Shown one piece after another: positions 9,388 through 18,914 of a stretch of DNA of 32,000 bases. The DNA is taken from positions 510,001 to 542,000 of the forward strand of contig OZ252279.1 of NCBI GenBank assembly GCA_965250005.1, read 5' to 3'. Every line of letters begins with the position of its first letter. The first letter of the stretch is position 1. The stretch comes from Demequinaceae bacterium. GTDB taxonomy: Bacteria; Actinomycetota; Actinomycetes; Actinomycetales; Demequinaceae. The notes under the pieces are model-generated. The model was not told where the DNA came from and ran no database searches. It worked only from the letters and a program-made list of their open reading frames with translations. The position numbers and the translations under genes are program-made.

Positions 9388-10229
9388 TACAACCTGCAGG
9401 CGAGCAACTCGGTAACGATGATTGCGCGCGCACCCGCACCGTACAGCGCATCCATCACCTGGTTCATTTCTACGCGCGGCACCATGACGCGAACAGCAGA
9501 CCACTCCGATCCGTGCAGCGGCGTGACCGTGGGCGCCTCGAATCCGGGGGCGATCTTCACGGCTGCCTCTAGGTTCTCGGCGGGCACGTCGAAGTCCATC
9601 AAGATGTACTGCCGTGCCATGAGCACCCCGCGGAGGCGGCCGGTGAGCGTGGCGATGGCCTCGCCGGGAGTGTCCGGCCTGCGGATCAGCACCGCCTCAG
9701 ATTTGAGGATCGGATCTCCGAAGATATCTAGGCCCGCTGCACGCAGCGTGGTTCCAGTTGAGACCACGTCGGCCACAACGTCGGCGACGCCAAGCTGAAC
9801 GGAAGACTCCACGGCGCCGTCAAGTCGCACCACTTCAGCCTCGACGCCGAACGACGCCAGGTGATTGCGGACAAGCCGCGGGTACGACGTGGCGACGCGG
9901 CGTCCCGCGATGGCCTCCATCGAGTTCACCGTGTTCGGGGGCGCTGCGTACCGGAATGTTGATGCGCCAAAGCCAAGTTCGAGGTGCTCGACGGCCTCCG
10001 CTTCCGAATCGAGCAGCAGGTCGCGGCCGGTGATTCCTGCGTCGACCGTTCCCAGGCCCACGTAGACAGCAACGTCGCGGGGGCGGAGGAAGAAGAACTC
10101 GACATCGTTGCGCGCATCAATGAGAACGAGTTCGCGGCCCTCGTTGCGCTGCTTGTAGCCGGCCTCGCGGAGCAGCGCAGACGCGGGCTCGGAGAGCGAG
10201 CCCTTATTGGGTACGGCGATTCGGAGCAC
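9387..10229 (-). CDS. hisG: ATP phosphoribosyltransferase
   Basis: [16 protein letters not shown]...[11 protein letters not shown]...[19 protein letters not shown]; long-form HisG. Confidence 0.96.
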   Translation of the reverse strand: MLRIAVPNKGSLSEPASALLREAGYKQRNEGRELVLIDARNDVEFFFLRPRDVAVYVGLGTVDAGITGRDLLLDSEAEAVEHLELGFGASTFRYAAPPNTVNSMEAIAGRRVATSYPRLVRNHLASFGVEAEVVRLDGAVESSVQLGVADVVADVVSTGTTLRAAGLDIFGDPILKSEAVLIRRPDTPGEAIATLTGRLRGVLMARQYILMDFDVPAENLEAAVKIAPGFEAPTVTPLHGSEWSAVRVMVPRVEMNQVMDALYGAGARAIIVTELLACRL

Positions 10230-10237
10230 GGTGGTCC

Positions 10238-10501
10238 TTACAGGTAGCGTTCGACGTCTTTGAGGGTGATGCCCTTAGCAATCATCATGACCTGGGCGTG
10301 ATAGAGCAGTTGCGAGATCTCTTCTGCGGTCTCGGCTTCCGACTGGTATTCGGCCGCCATCCACGCCTCGGCGGCCTCTTCCACGAGCTTCTTGCCAATC
10401 GCGTGCACGCCGCCGTCGAGGAGCGCGACAGTGGACGAACCCTCAGTGCGCGCCTCGGCCCGCTCCAAAAGCTCTGCGTACAACTCATCGAAGGTTTTCA
10501 C
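10238..10501 (-). CDS. hisE: Phosphoribosyl-ATP pyrophosphatase
   Basis: [14 protein letters not shown]...[16 protein letters not shown]...[14 protein letters not shown]; GTG start at 10499-10501. Confidence 0.95.
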   Translation of the reverse strand: MKTFDELYAELLERAEARTEGSSTVALLDGGVHAIGKKLVEEAAEAWMAAEYQSEAETAEEISQLLYHAQVMMIAKGITLKDVERYL

Positions 10502-10508
10502 GGGCCCC

Positions 10509-10514
10509 AGCCTA
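10509..10514 (-). promoter_or_regulatory. Candidate -10 (TAGGCT) for leaderless hisE
   Basis: TAGGCT-GGGGCCC-GTG: 7 nt; no SD; located in the 42-nt ribH-hisE gap. Confidence 0.45.
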
Positions 10515-10543
10515 CGGGAGCAGCGGCCGTTTTCCCGCGCTAT

Positions 10544-11008
10544 CTAGAGGCCTTTGAGCGCATTGGCTGTGGTGATTGCCGCCTCGACGGCCTCGGCGCC
10601 CTTGCTCTCCTCGGAGCCCTCCAGCCCTGAACGGGCCATGGCTTGCTCGTCGTTGTCGCACGTCAGCACGCCAAAGCCTACGGCCACCTGATGTTCGCGT
10701 GAGACGGCGGTGAGTCCTGTGGTCACCGAATCGCACACGTAGTCGAAATGGGGTGTGCCTCCGCGAATCACGACGCCAAGCGCGACGATGGCGTCTGCGC
10801 CCTTCGCGGCCAGCGCCTGGGCAACTACGGTAAGCTCGAAAGCTCCTGGCACCCGCGTCACGCGATATTGCGCGCCCGCTCGCTCGCAGGCGGAGACCGC
10901 GGCGTTCACAAGCCCGTCCATCACTAGGGGGTGCCACTGCGACGCGACAATCTCAACCGTCAGGCCCGCGCCATCCGACGTAAGTGCCGGCGCTCCAGAA
11001 CCAGCCAC
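10544..11008 (-). CDS. ribH: 6,7-dimethyl-8-ribityllumazine synthase
   Basis: RVPGAFELTVVAQALA, ALGVVIRGGTPHFDYVCDSVTTGLTAVS, PVAFGVLT-like segment. Confidence 0.95.
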   Translation of the reverse strand: MAGSGAPALTSDGAGLTVEIVASQWHPLVMDGLVNAAVSACERAGAQYRVTRVPGAFELTVVAQALAAKGADAIVALGVVIRGGTPHFDYVCDSVTTGLTAVSREHQVAVGFGVLTCDNDEQAMARSGLEGSEESKGAEAVEAAITTANALKGL

Positions 11009-12246
11009 TAATCCTCACCCAAAATGTGCCCCATACGCTCCACCTTAGTGCGCACGTAGTCACTGTTCTCGGGCGTAATCCCCACCACGTGTGGGACGCG
11101 CTCGGTGATCTCGATTCCGCTCGCGCGTAGGCCCTCGACCTTCGCCGGGTTATTGGTCAGCAGGCGCACGGACGTCAGTCCCAAGTCGTGCAATATCGCG
11201 GCTCCAGCGCCATACTCGCGGCGGTCAACCGCCACGCCGAGTTCCGAATTCGCGTCGACGGTATCGAGGCCCTGGTCTTGAAGCGCGTACGCCTGGATCT
11301 TCCGCAGGATGCCGATTCCCCGGCCCTCGTGTCCCGTGAGGTAGACGACGGCGCCGCCCTGCTCGTGGACCGCCTCGATCGCAGCGTCGAGTTGCGGCCC
11401 GCAGTCGCAACGCAGGGAGCCGAACGCATCGCCCGTGAGGCACTCGGAGTGCACCCGCACCAGTGGCACGGTGCCTTCTTTGGTGGGAGCCACCAGCGCA
11501 ATGTGTTCATCGCCCGTGCGCGCGTCGCGGTAGCCGCGCACCAGCATTTCGCCGTGGGGGGTGGGCAGCTCCGCCTCGCCCTCGAAAATCACGCGGTGCG
11601 ATTGTACGCCAATCGGCTCAGGGGTGTCACTGAGGTGACGTCGGTAGTCAATGATGTTTGCGATAGTCAAGAGAACGAGTCCTTCCGTGCGGGCCGTGGT
11701 GGCCGCATCGCCCTGGACCATGACAGTCCCGTCGTCGTTGACCATCTCTGCGATCACGCCTACGGGCTCAAGGCCCGCGAGCCTGCAGAGATCGACGGCG
11801 GCTTCGGTGTGTCCAGGTCGATGCAGTACACCTCCTGCAACAGCCCGCAGCGGCAGTACATGCCCCGGCCGGATGAATTCGCCAGGGGCGGAATCCGGCT
11901 TCGCAAGCAACTGCAGGGTGCGGTGGCGGTCCGCGGCGCTGATCCCGGTCGTGATGCCGGACGCGGCGTCGACCGAGACCGTGTACGCGGTTCTGCGCGG
12001 GTCCTGACTACTAGGGACCATGAGCGGCAGCTTGAGCGCATCCGCCTTGGGCCCGGTCATGGGGGCGCACAGGTAGCCGCTGGAATGCCGGATGCCCCAG
12101 GTGATCCACTCGACCGTGGCGCGCTCGGCAGACATGATGAAGTCTGCTTCGTTCTCACGGTTCTTGGAGTCCGCGACCAGGACGGGTTTGCCCGCGCGCA
12201 GGTCATCGAGCGCCAGCTCGACCAGCGCGATCGACTCGTCGCTCAT
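11008..12246 (-). CDS. ribBA: Bifunctional 3,4-dihydroxy-2-butanone-4-phosphate synthase / GTP cyclohydrolase II
   Basis: ENEADFIMSAE...GLCAP-type segment, HTEAAVDLCRLAGLEPVGVIAEM (RibB); VRVHSECLTGDAFGSLRCDCGPQLDAA, YLTGHEGRGIG (RibA). Confidence 0.96.
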   Translation of the reverse strand: MSDESIALVELALDDLRAGKPVLVADSKNRENEADFIMSAERATVEWITWGIRHSSGYLCAPMTGPKADALKLPLMVPSSQDPRRTAYTVSVDAASGITTGISAADRHRTLQLLAKPDSAPGEFIRPGHVLPLRAVAGGVLHRPGHTEAAVDLCRLAGLEPVGVIAEMVNDDGTVMVQGDAATTARTEGLVLLTIANIIDYRRHLSDTPEPIGVQSHRVIFEGEAELPTPHGEMLVRGYRDARTGDEHIALVAPTKEGTVPLVRVHSECLTGDAFGSLRCDCGPQLDAAIEAVHEQGGAVVYLTGHEGRGIGILRKIQAYALQDQGLDTVDANSELGVAVDRREYGAGAAILHDLGLTSVRLLTNNPAKVEGLRASGIEITERVPHVVGITPENSDYVRTKVERMGHILGED

Positions 12247-12836
12247 GCGCGATCTCCAAGCATCTTCTCGACATATTTCGCGAGCACGTCAACCTCAACG
12301 TTGACAACGTCTCCCACCGCGAGGTCACCTAGGTTGGTGTCGGTGAGCGTCGTGGGGATCAGTGACACGGTCACGAGCCTTCCGTCTATGTTCGCGACGG
12401 TCAGAGACACGCCATTGAGCGAGATAGAGCCGTGCTGAACCACGTACCGTGCAAGGTCATGGGGCAGGTCAAAAATGACGTCGTCCCAATCAGGCTGTGA
12501 GTCGCGTGAGGCAACAGTGGCGGTGCCGTCCGCGTGGCCCTGAACCAGGTGACCTCCCAATCGGCCATCGGCGCGCATCGCGCGTTCGAGGTTCACTCGG
12601 TCCCCCACCTTCACCTTGCTTAAGGCAGTCTTGTTGATTGTCACCTTCATCACGTCGGCAACCCACTGCGCGCCCGACTGCTTGGCGACCGTGAGGCACA
12701 CGCCGTTCACCGATACCGACTCGCCGTGCTCCAGCGCATCTGTGAATGCGGAAGCGTCAATGCTGAGTTGAGTCTGCGCGCCGGATGGAGCAATCGCGGT
12801 GACCGTGCCGACCGTCTCAACAATTCCTGTGAACAT
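12243..12836 (-). CDS. ribE: Riboflavin synthase alpha chain
   Basis: MFTGIVETVGTV...SVNGVCLTV...GHLVQGHADGTA...VSLNGVSLTVA duplicated lumazine-binding domain. Confidence 0.96.
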   Translation of the reverse strand: MFTGIVETVGTVTAIAPSGAQTQLSIDASAFTDALEHGESVSVNGVCLTVAKQSGAQWVADVMKVTINKTALSKVKVGDRVNLERAMRADGRLGGHLVQGHADGTATVASRDSQPDWDDVIFDLPHDLARYVVQHGSISLNGVSLTVANIDGRLVTVSLIPTTLTDTNLGDLAVGDVVNVEVDVLAKYVEKMLGDRA

Positions 12837-12839
12837 CGC

Positions 12840-13829
12840 CTAACCCTTCTTGGGCGGGGTGCCCACGATGAGCGTATCCGCGCCCAATTTGGTCTGCGTC
12901 ACGCCCTCTAGCCTCAACGCATCGGCCATGGTCGCGATTCCAATGTCCCCTACGGCGGACGCCCCCGAACCCAGGATCACGGGTGCGACGTACGCGTGCA
13001 CCTCGTCCACCAGGCCCGCGCGCAAGAATGCCGTGGTTATGGTCGCGCCGCCCTCAACAATCGCCACGCGGACGTCGCCTTCCGCTAGCGCGGCAAGGAC
13101 CGCGGCCGGGTCGTGGGTCTTCTGGTACACGACCGCGCCAGCGTCGCTCGCGTCGGTCAGTTCGGTTTCACGCAAGCCCATCACCACACGCAGTGGCTGG
13201 TGTTCGGCGGTCATGCCGCCCGGACGTGCGGAGAGGACTGGTTCGTCTGCGAGCACGGTTCCTGTCCCCACGATGATCGCGTCCGCGTCTGCCCGTTCGG
13301 CGTGCGCGTGTTCCCTTGCATCCTCGCCCGTGACCCAGAAGCTGCTGCCGTCTGCGGCGGAGGTTCTTCCGTCGAGCGTCACCGCGAACTTGGCAATCAC
13401 GAAGGGCCGCTGCATGGTGATCGCGGCAACCCAACGTCGGTTGACGGATTCAGCGCCGGTCGCGGGCGCGTACGTGACATCAATGCCGCCGGACTCGAGG
13501 ACGCGCGCGCCTCCTCCGCTCTGGGTGCCCGGATCAACGACCGCGTAAACCACTCTGGCTACCTGAGCTGCGGCGAGAGCTTCCGTACACGGCCCCGTCC
13601 GACCCGTATGCGAACACGGCTCAAGCGTCACGTGCGCCGTCGCGCCGACGATGGAACGTCCTGCCTCGCGCGCGTTTTCAATCGCGTCGACTTCAGCATG
13701 CCGAGTGCCAGCACCGCGGTGGAATCCCTCTGCCAACACAACACCGTCTTTGTCCGTAATGAGGCAGCCGACGCGGGGGTTCGGGCCGTAGGCCGGGCCA
13801 AAGAGCGCGAGAAGCACAGCGCGGTCCAT
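12840..13829 (-). CDS. ribD: Bifunctional diaminohydroxyphosphoribosylaminopyrimidine deaminase / 5-amino-6-(5-phosphoribosylamino)uracil reductase
   Basis: PNPRVGCLI, HAEVDAI, LEPCSHTGRTGPC deaminase motifs; C-terminal reductase TLDGRTSAADGSS. The 5' end is uncertain (see findings). Confidence 0.93.
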   Translation of the reverse strand: MDRAVLLALFGPAYGPNPRVGCLITDKDGVVLAEGFHRGAGTRHAEVDAIENAREAGRSIVGATAHVTLEPCSHTGRTGPCTEALAAAQVARVVYAVVDPGTQSGGGARVLESGGIDVTYAPATGAESVNRRWVAAITMQRPFVIAKFAVTLDGRTSAADGSSFWVTGEDAREHAHAERADADAIIVGTGTVLADEPVLSARPGGMTAEHQPLRVVMGLRETELTDASDAGAVVYQKTHDPAAVLAALAEGDVRVAIVEGGATITTAFLRAGLVDEVHAYVAPVILGSGASAVGDIGIATMADALRLEGVTQTKLGADTLIVGTPPKKG

Positions 13830-13875
13830 GGCCTCGGCATCGCTGAGTTTCTCCGCAGTAGGAACTGCATCGTCG

Positions 13876-14541
13876 CTAGTGATGGTGTGCTCCCTCGGCG
13901 AGGGCCCGCAACGCGTCTACCTCGGCGTTCGGATTGTCGGTGCCGTAGACCGCGCTGCCCGCCACGAAGGTATCGGCGCCCGCGTCGGCGAGAACCTCGA
14001 TCGTCTTGCGCGACACACCGCCATCAACCTGGATCCAAAACTCCGTTCCCGTGTCCCTGGCCGCCTTGCGCAGCGCCCGAAACTTGGGAATCATCCCTTC
14101 CATAAACTGCTGCCCGCCGAAGCCGGGCTCAACGGTCATGACGAGCACCATGTCGAATTCGCTCAGGTACTCCGTCAAGGGCTCGACCGGCGTTCCCGGC
14201 TTGATGGCGACGCCGGCCCTCGCGCCCACTGCTCGAAGCTCACGCGCAAGCCGAACGGGATTCGCTGCGGCCTCGATGTGAAACGTGACTGAGTCCGCGC
14301 CCGCCTCGGCGTACTGCGGAGCCCAGCGATCAGGATCCTCGATCATGAGGTGGGCGTCGATGGGCAACGCGGAAACCTGCGCAATTCGCTCCAGGACGGG
14401 CAGGCCGAGCGTGAGGTTGGGGACAAAGTGTCCGTCCATCACGTCGACGTGGAGCCAATCGGCCTTACTCACGGACGCGATATCTCGTTCGAGGTTGGCG
14501 AAGTCGGCGGCAAGGATGCTCGGGGCGATACGGATTCCCAT
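13876..14541 (-). CDS. rpe: Ribulose-phosphate 3-epimerase
   Basis: [47 protein letters not shown]. Confidence 0.97.
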   Translation of the reverse strand: MGIRIAPSILAADFANLERDIASVSKADWLHVDVMDGHFVPNLTLGLPVLERIAQVSALPIDAHLMIEDPDRWAPQYAEAGADSVTFHIEAAANPVRLARELRAVGARAGVAIKPGTPVEPLTEYLSEFDMVLVMTVEPGFGGQQFMEGMIPKFRALRKAARDTGTEFWIQVDGGVSRKTIEVLADAGADTFVAGSAVYGTDNPNAEVDALRALAEGAHHH

Positions 14542-14547
14542 AGGCCG

Positions 14548-14553
14548 AGCCTA
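14548..14553 (-). promoter_or_regulatory. Candidate -10 (TAGGCT) for leaderless rpe
   Basis: TAGGCT-CGGCCT-ATG: 6 nt; no SD; TAG is the rsmB stop codon. Confidence 0.45.
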
Positions 14554-15939
14554 CTGCGCGTCAGGCGTAGCGCTGGGGCGTCTGATAAGCGCCATGAACA
14601 TCGCGTCCGTGCCGTGCGCGTGCGGCCACATCTGGACATACGGGCCGACCCCCCAGTCGTGACCGCCGGGACGCGCAGCCGCCCTCAGAGCGGAGCGCGC
14701 ATCCAGCACTTCGGTCCTCGTCGGCCCTAGTTCAAGCACGACCGAGTCCACCAACTGGACTGTTTCTGCCAGCACCGGAGAGCAGGTCACGTACGCCACC
14801 ACTCCCCCGGGCCTAACCGCCAGCATGGCCTTCCTAAGCAGCGACGCCTGCAACTCCGTCAGGTGCGCCAGGTCTTGCTCCGAACGCCTCCAACGTGCCT
14901 CTGGGCGCCGCCTAAGGGCACCCAGGCCGGTGCATGGTGCGTCGACGAGCACGCGGTCGTAGCCGTCCTGTGCCCACCTTCGCGCGTCCGTTACGTGGAC
15001 GGAGACAACGCCGTCGGGGATCGCGCGAGCGGCCTTGCGGACCAAGGCGGCGCGGTGCTCGTGAAGTTCGAGCGCGTCGACCGTGGCGCCCCGCTGAGCG
15101 GCAAGTGCGCCCAGGAGCGAAGCCTTGCCCCCGGGCCCCGAACACATGTCGAGCCAGCGTTCACCATCAGCCGACGGCTCCAGGTGGGCCGCGGCCAACG
15201 CGAGTGCGACCAGTTGGCTGCCCTCGTCCTGCACCGCGACCAGCCCGGACTGGAAGCCCGGCACTCGCGACGGATCGCCGCCGCCGAGCGTGCTCGCGGT
15301 CGGGGCGAGAGCCGTGGCGGTCGCGTTGGAATCGGCAAGAATGTCTTGGTCGGCGAGACCTGGCCGGATCACCAGAGTCACGGCCGACGGTTCATTGTTG
15401 GCGTCGAGCGCAGCCTCGAGCTCGCCCTGGCGCCCATGGTGAGACAGGCTCTCCCCGATCTCGCGCGCAACCCAGGCGGGATGCGAATACTTCAACGCGA
15501 CAGATTCAGGCGTGGCCTCGCCCGCCACTCTCGTGAGCCACTCGTCGCGCGTGCGCTCGCTGACTCTGCGCATTACCGCGTTCACAAAACCCGCTCCCCG
15601 GGGCGCGACCAGCTTGGCCAGTGCGACGGTCTCAGAGACCGCGGCGTGCGCGGCGACACGCATCGCGAGCGACTGGTGGGCGCCAAGCGCCAGGACGCGC
15701 CGTGCCTGCGGATCGATCTTCTTGATAGGGCGGCCCGACGCATCGGCGATGATGGCCTCGTAAAGGCCGCGCATGCGCAGCGCCCCGTAGCCAAGTTCCG
15801 TTGCGAACGCTGCGTCGCGGCTGACGAGCTTTTTGCTCGCGATGATCTCTGGCAGAGTCAGGTTCGCGTACGCATCGTCCGTGTCGACGGCGGTCAGCAG
15901 TTCGTATGCGGCCATCCGCGCCGCGGAGCCCGCGCTCAT
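14551..15939 (-). CDS. rsmB: rRNA small subunit methyltransferase RsmB/Sun family (NusB domain + SAM methyltransferase)
   Basis: N-terminal NusB-like domain; DMCSGPGGKASLLGALA, VDAPCTGLGALRRRPEARWR, SPVLAETV. Confidence 0.93.
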   Translation of the reverse strand: MSAGSAARMAAYELLTAVDTDDAYANLTLPEIIASKKLVSRDAAFATELGYGALRMRGLYEAIIADASGRPIKKIDPQARRVLALGAHQSLAMRVAAHAAVSETVALAKLVAPRGAGFVNAVMRRVSERTRDEWLTRVAGEATPESVALKYSHPAWVAREIGESLSHHGRQGELEAALDANNEPSAVTLVIRPGLADQDILADSNATATALAPTASTLGGGDPSRVPGFQSGLVAVQDEGSQLVALALAAAHLEPSADGERWLDMCSGPGGKASLLGALAAQRGATVDALELHEHRAALVRKAARAIPDGVVSVHVTDARRWAQDGYDRVLVDAPCTGLGALRRRPEARWRRSEQDLAHLTELQASLLRKAMLAVRPGGVVAYVTCSPVLAETVQLVDSVVLELGPTRTEVLDARSALRAAARPGGHDWGVGPYVQMWPHAHGTDAMFMALIRRPSATPDAQ

Positions 15940-16871
15940 GCCTCACCCAACTGATCCTCAGCGCCTACGCGCGCTCCACGCCACCAGTCGGCGCCGTCCA
16001 TGGGCTTCTTGCCCGCCGGTGCAATCCACGAGAGCGCAACCGGGTGACTTCCCGTGCTGACGAGCACCGCGCCGTCGTGCTCGCGTACCGTGCCGGGAGC
16101 GCCCCCGGCCGAGCCCTCGCTCACCGTCACGGGGCCGAGCTTTGCGACCGTGCCGTCCGGGAGCGTGGTCCATGCGCCGGGTGCCGGGGTGCATCCTCGT
16201 ACCTGGCGATCAATCACGTGCGCGGGCATGTCCCAACGGATGTAGGCGTCCTCGCGAGATAGTTTGGCCGCGTGGCTCGCGCCGTCGTCCGACTGTTGCC
16301 GCGGGGAGGCCGTGCCGTCGTCGAGCGCCCCCATGGTGTGGACCATGAGCGGCGCACCTGCCGCCGCCAGCCTCGCGAGCAGCTCGCCCGTCGTGTCCGC
16401 GGATTCGATTGGCTCCGTCAGGGTCCCGACTACGGGGCCCGTATCGAGCCCTTCCTCAATCAGGAAAGTGGTGGCGCCAGTCATCTGATCCCCGGCCATG
16501 ATGGCGCGCTGAACGGGCGCCGCGCCACGCCACGCGGGAAGAAGTGAGAAGTGCAGGTTTACCCAACCGTGCTTAACGGTTGCGATCAGGGCAGGCGGGA
16601 GGATCTTGCCGTACGCGACCACGGCAGCGGCGTCACACGCGAGTGACGCAACGTGGTCAATTAGCTGCTCGTCCCGCGCGCTCGCAGGGGTCATAACGCT
16701 GAGCCCGTGTTCGAGCGCGTACTCCTTGACGGAGCTAGGGTGCAGTGTTGAGCCGCGCCTGCCGCGCGCGTCAGGCTGCGTTAGCACCAGCGGAATTTCG
16801 TGCCCGGCGGCCAACAGCCCGGCAAGCGTGGGCACGGCAATGTCCGGAGTACCGGCGAAGACTAGACGCAT
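15936..16871 (-). CDS. fmt: Methionyl-tRNA formyltransferase
   Basis: MRLVFAGTPDIAVPTL, VNLHFSLLPAWRGAAPVQRAI; ATGA overlap with rsmB. Confidence 0.96.
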   Translation of the reverse strand: MRLVFAGTPDIAVPTLAGLLAAGHEIPLVLTQPDARGRRGSTLHPSSVKEYALEHGLSVMTPASARDEQLIDHVASLACDAAAVVAYGKILPPALIATVKHGWVNLHFSLLPAWRGAAPVQRAIMAGDQMTGATTFLIEEGLDTGPVVGTLTEPIESADTTGELLARLAAAGAPLMVHTMGALDDGTASPRQQSDDGASHAAKLSREDAYIRWDMPAHVIDRQVRGCTPAPGAWTTLPDGTVAKLGPVTVSEGSAGGAPGTVREHDGAVLVSTGSHPVALSWIAPAGKKPMDGADWWRGARVGAEDQLGEA

Positions 16872-16877
16872 GGGTCT

Positions 16878-16883
16878 ATCGTA
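16878..16883 (-). promoter_or_regulatory. Candidate -10 (TACGAT) for leaderless fmt
   Basis: TACGAT-AGACCC-ATG: 6 nt; no SD. Confidence 0.4.
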
Positions 16884-16898
16884 GGCGCGCGAGGCGCG

Positions 16899-18914
16899 CT
16901 AACGCGGGGCATCAAGAGGGCCATCCACGTGCATGCGCAACTCGCCCGCTCCTTGCGCGGACAACTCTCTCTGGAGGCCGCGAAGCGCATCCACGACGGA
17001 CTGCGTACTGCCCCGAGAGCACAGAAGCGTGCGCGTGCCTGGCGCGCTTGGGACGGTCGCAACGTGGGGATGATCTGCGATCGCGACGCCGTTGACGGTC
17101 GCAGCTCCCACCCCCGCCAGGATGGGCTCTGAACCCTCCACGGCGACCACCCGTCGGAAAGGCGGCAGGCCAATCTCTGCGCGCTCCCGATAGAGCTCGC
17201 CGGAAAGGTCCGCAGGAGCCCACGAGGCGACGCCCCGCGCCACCGCGGGAGGAAGGTCGCCTACCAGCGACACGCCACCGTCCCTGCCGCGCGCTCTGAC
17301 GTGCGCCGCGGCGTTGAGTATGAGCCGTGCGGCGTCTTCCTCGCCATCGAGACCGTGACCCACGAGTGCCCCCGCGTCCACGAAAACCGCGTGGGCGTAG
17401 CCGCCCGCAAATGCGGGCACCGCGCCCGGGGTAGCGACGACGAGTCCCGCGTCGACGGCGTCGTCGGGAAGGATGCCCGCGCCAGACGACGACACCGCCA
17501 CACGTGTGCCCGCGGGAGCCATGGACTCGAGTTGCTCGGCGATACGCTCGACGCCCTGGCGGACGTGCGCGAGGTCAGCTCCGCCGCAGTGTGGGCAGTG
17601 CCAGTCCGCGTTCACTGTTCCGCAGTCCGTGCACGTGGGTGAGTGTTCCGCTCCGGCTAGCGCCAGGTGCCCCGAGCACTCGCGGCACTCGGCCCCCTCC
17701 CGACACTTGGCGCACGCGGTCGCGCGCACATACCCAGCTCGCGGCACGAGCACCAAGACCGGTCCGTGCTGCAGGGCCTTCGAGGCACGCCTCCATGCCC
17801 AACTGGGCATCCAGTGCCATCCGGTGCCGCCCTCGCGCTCGCGCATCTGGTCGTCAGCTACGTGGATCGCGGGCGTTGCCTCGCGCACGTCCCGGCGCGA
17901 TGCGCGCAAGTCTTGGGCGAAGCCGTGCTCCACGAGCGCGCGCGCAGGAACCGACTGGGCAAACCCTCCGATGAGCAGTGCCGCTTGCTCGCGTTCGGCC
18001 CGCAACGCTGCCACAGTGCGCACGTGTGCGTACGGGGCGTGGCGCTCGTCGTAGACGCTATTGCCATCGTCCCAGATGACGAGCAGCCGGAGATTGGGAA
18101 CTGGCGTCATGACCGCGGGCCGGGTGCCCACCACTATCCGCGCGTTCCCGAGCATCGCCGCCATATACGAGCCGTAGCGTTGTGAGGGCCCGTCAGCTGT
18201 GTGGATTTGAGCGAACTCGCCGCCGCTGCGCGCCGTCCAGCCCGTCATCCCGCGCGCGCGACATTCTTGGGAGAAAGCGCGCAAAGCTCGCTCGTCTGGC
18301 AGCACAACGATCGCACTTCCGTCGGCACCCTGCTCGGTTGACAGGGCCGCTGCGACGGCGCCAAGAATCGCGGTTGTCGGGATGGGCGTGGACGGCTGGG
18401 CGGCATCTGGCTGCGTTGGTAGTTCCGGAAGCGCCTCCCAGACCAGGCGTGCGGCGCGCCCAATGTCATCCGCCACGCGCGAGCCACCCCACCTGTCCCA
18501 CGCGTGGGCCAACTCGCCCGTCAACTGGCGGAAGTCGCGCTCCACCCGCGGCGCGCCCTCCCAATCCCGCTTCTCGACGCTCGCGACGCGCGGCGGGGCC
18601 ATCAGCCGGAGCACGTCCCACCGCGAGCCGCCGTAGCGGGCGGCAATAGTGCTAGCCAGATCAAGTGCTGCCGGCGTGAACGACGGCCGCGCAGCAGCGG
18701 AGTTGAGGGGCGCGAGCTTTCCCGCGAAAGCAGATGAGTTCGCGAGTTCGCACACGACTCCGCCGACCAGACGACCCGCGAACCGCACTCGGACACGCGA
18801 TCCGGCGCCTACTACGCCCGCCAGTTTGGAAGGAACAACGTAGTCGAAGAGCCGGTCAAGGTGCGGCAGTGGGCTGTCGATGCAAACCCGCGCGATAGCC
18901 GCGCCGCCGGTCAT
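16899..18914 (-). CDS. priA: Primosomal protein N' (PriA-like), helicase motifs degenerate
   Basis: Gene context (fmt-priA-metK), N-terminal DNA-binding domain (RVCIDSPLPHLDRLFDYVVP), paired CxxC zinc motifs (CAKC, CREC, CTDC, CPHC); start overlaps metK stop (TAATG). Confidence 0.88.
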   Translation of the reverse strand: MTGGAAIARVCIDSPLPHLDRLFDYVVPSKLAGVVGAGSRVRVRFAGRLVGGVVCELANSSAFAGKLAPLNSAAARPSFTPAALDLASTIAARYGGSRWDVLRLMAPPRVASVEKRDWEGAPRVERDFRQLTGELAHAWDRWGGSRVADDIGRAARLVWEALPELPTQPDAAQPSTPIPTTAILGAVAAALSTEQGADGSAIVVLPDERALRAFSQECRARGMTGWTARSGGEFAQIHTADGPSQRYGSYMAAMLGNARIVVGTRPAVMTPVPNLRLLVIWDDGNSVYDERHAPYAHVRTVAALRAEREQAALLIGGFAQSVPARALVEHGFAQDLRASRRDVREATPAIHVADDQMREREGGTGWHWMPSWAWRRASKALQHGPVLVLVPRAGYVRATACAKCREGAECRECSGHLALAGAEHSPTCTDCGTVNADWHCPHCGGADLAHVRQGVERIAEQLESMAPAGTRVAVSSSGAGILPDDAVDAGLVVATPGAVPAFAGGYAHAVFVDAGALVGHGLDGEEDAARLILNAAAHVRARGRDGGVSLVGDLPPAVARGVASWAPADLSGELYRERAEIGLPPFRRVVAVEGSEPILAGVGAATVNGVAIADHPHVATVPSAPGTRTLLCSRGSTQSVVDALRGLQRELSAQGAGELRMHVDGPLDAPR

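Noticed and set aside
13113-14105. 330-aa plus-strand ORF spanning ribD and rpe
   Set aside because: Crosses the boundary of two well-supported minus-strand genes; shadow ORF.
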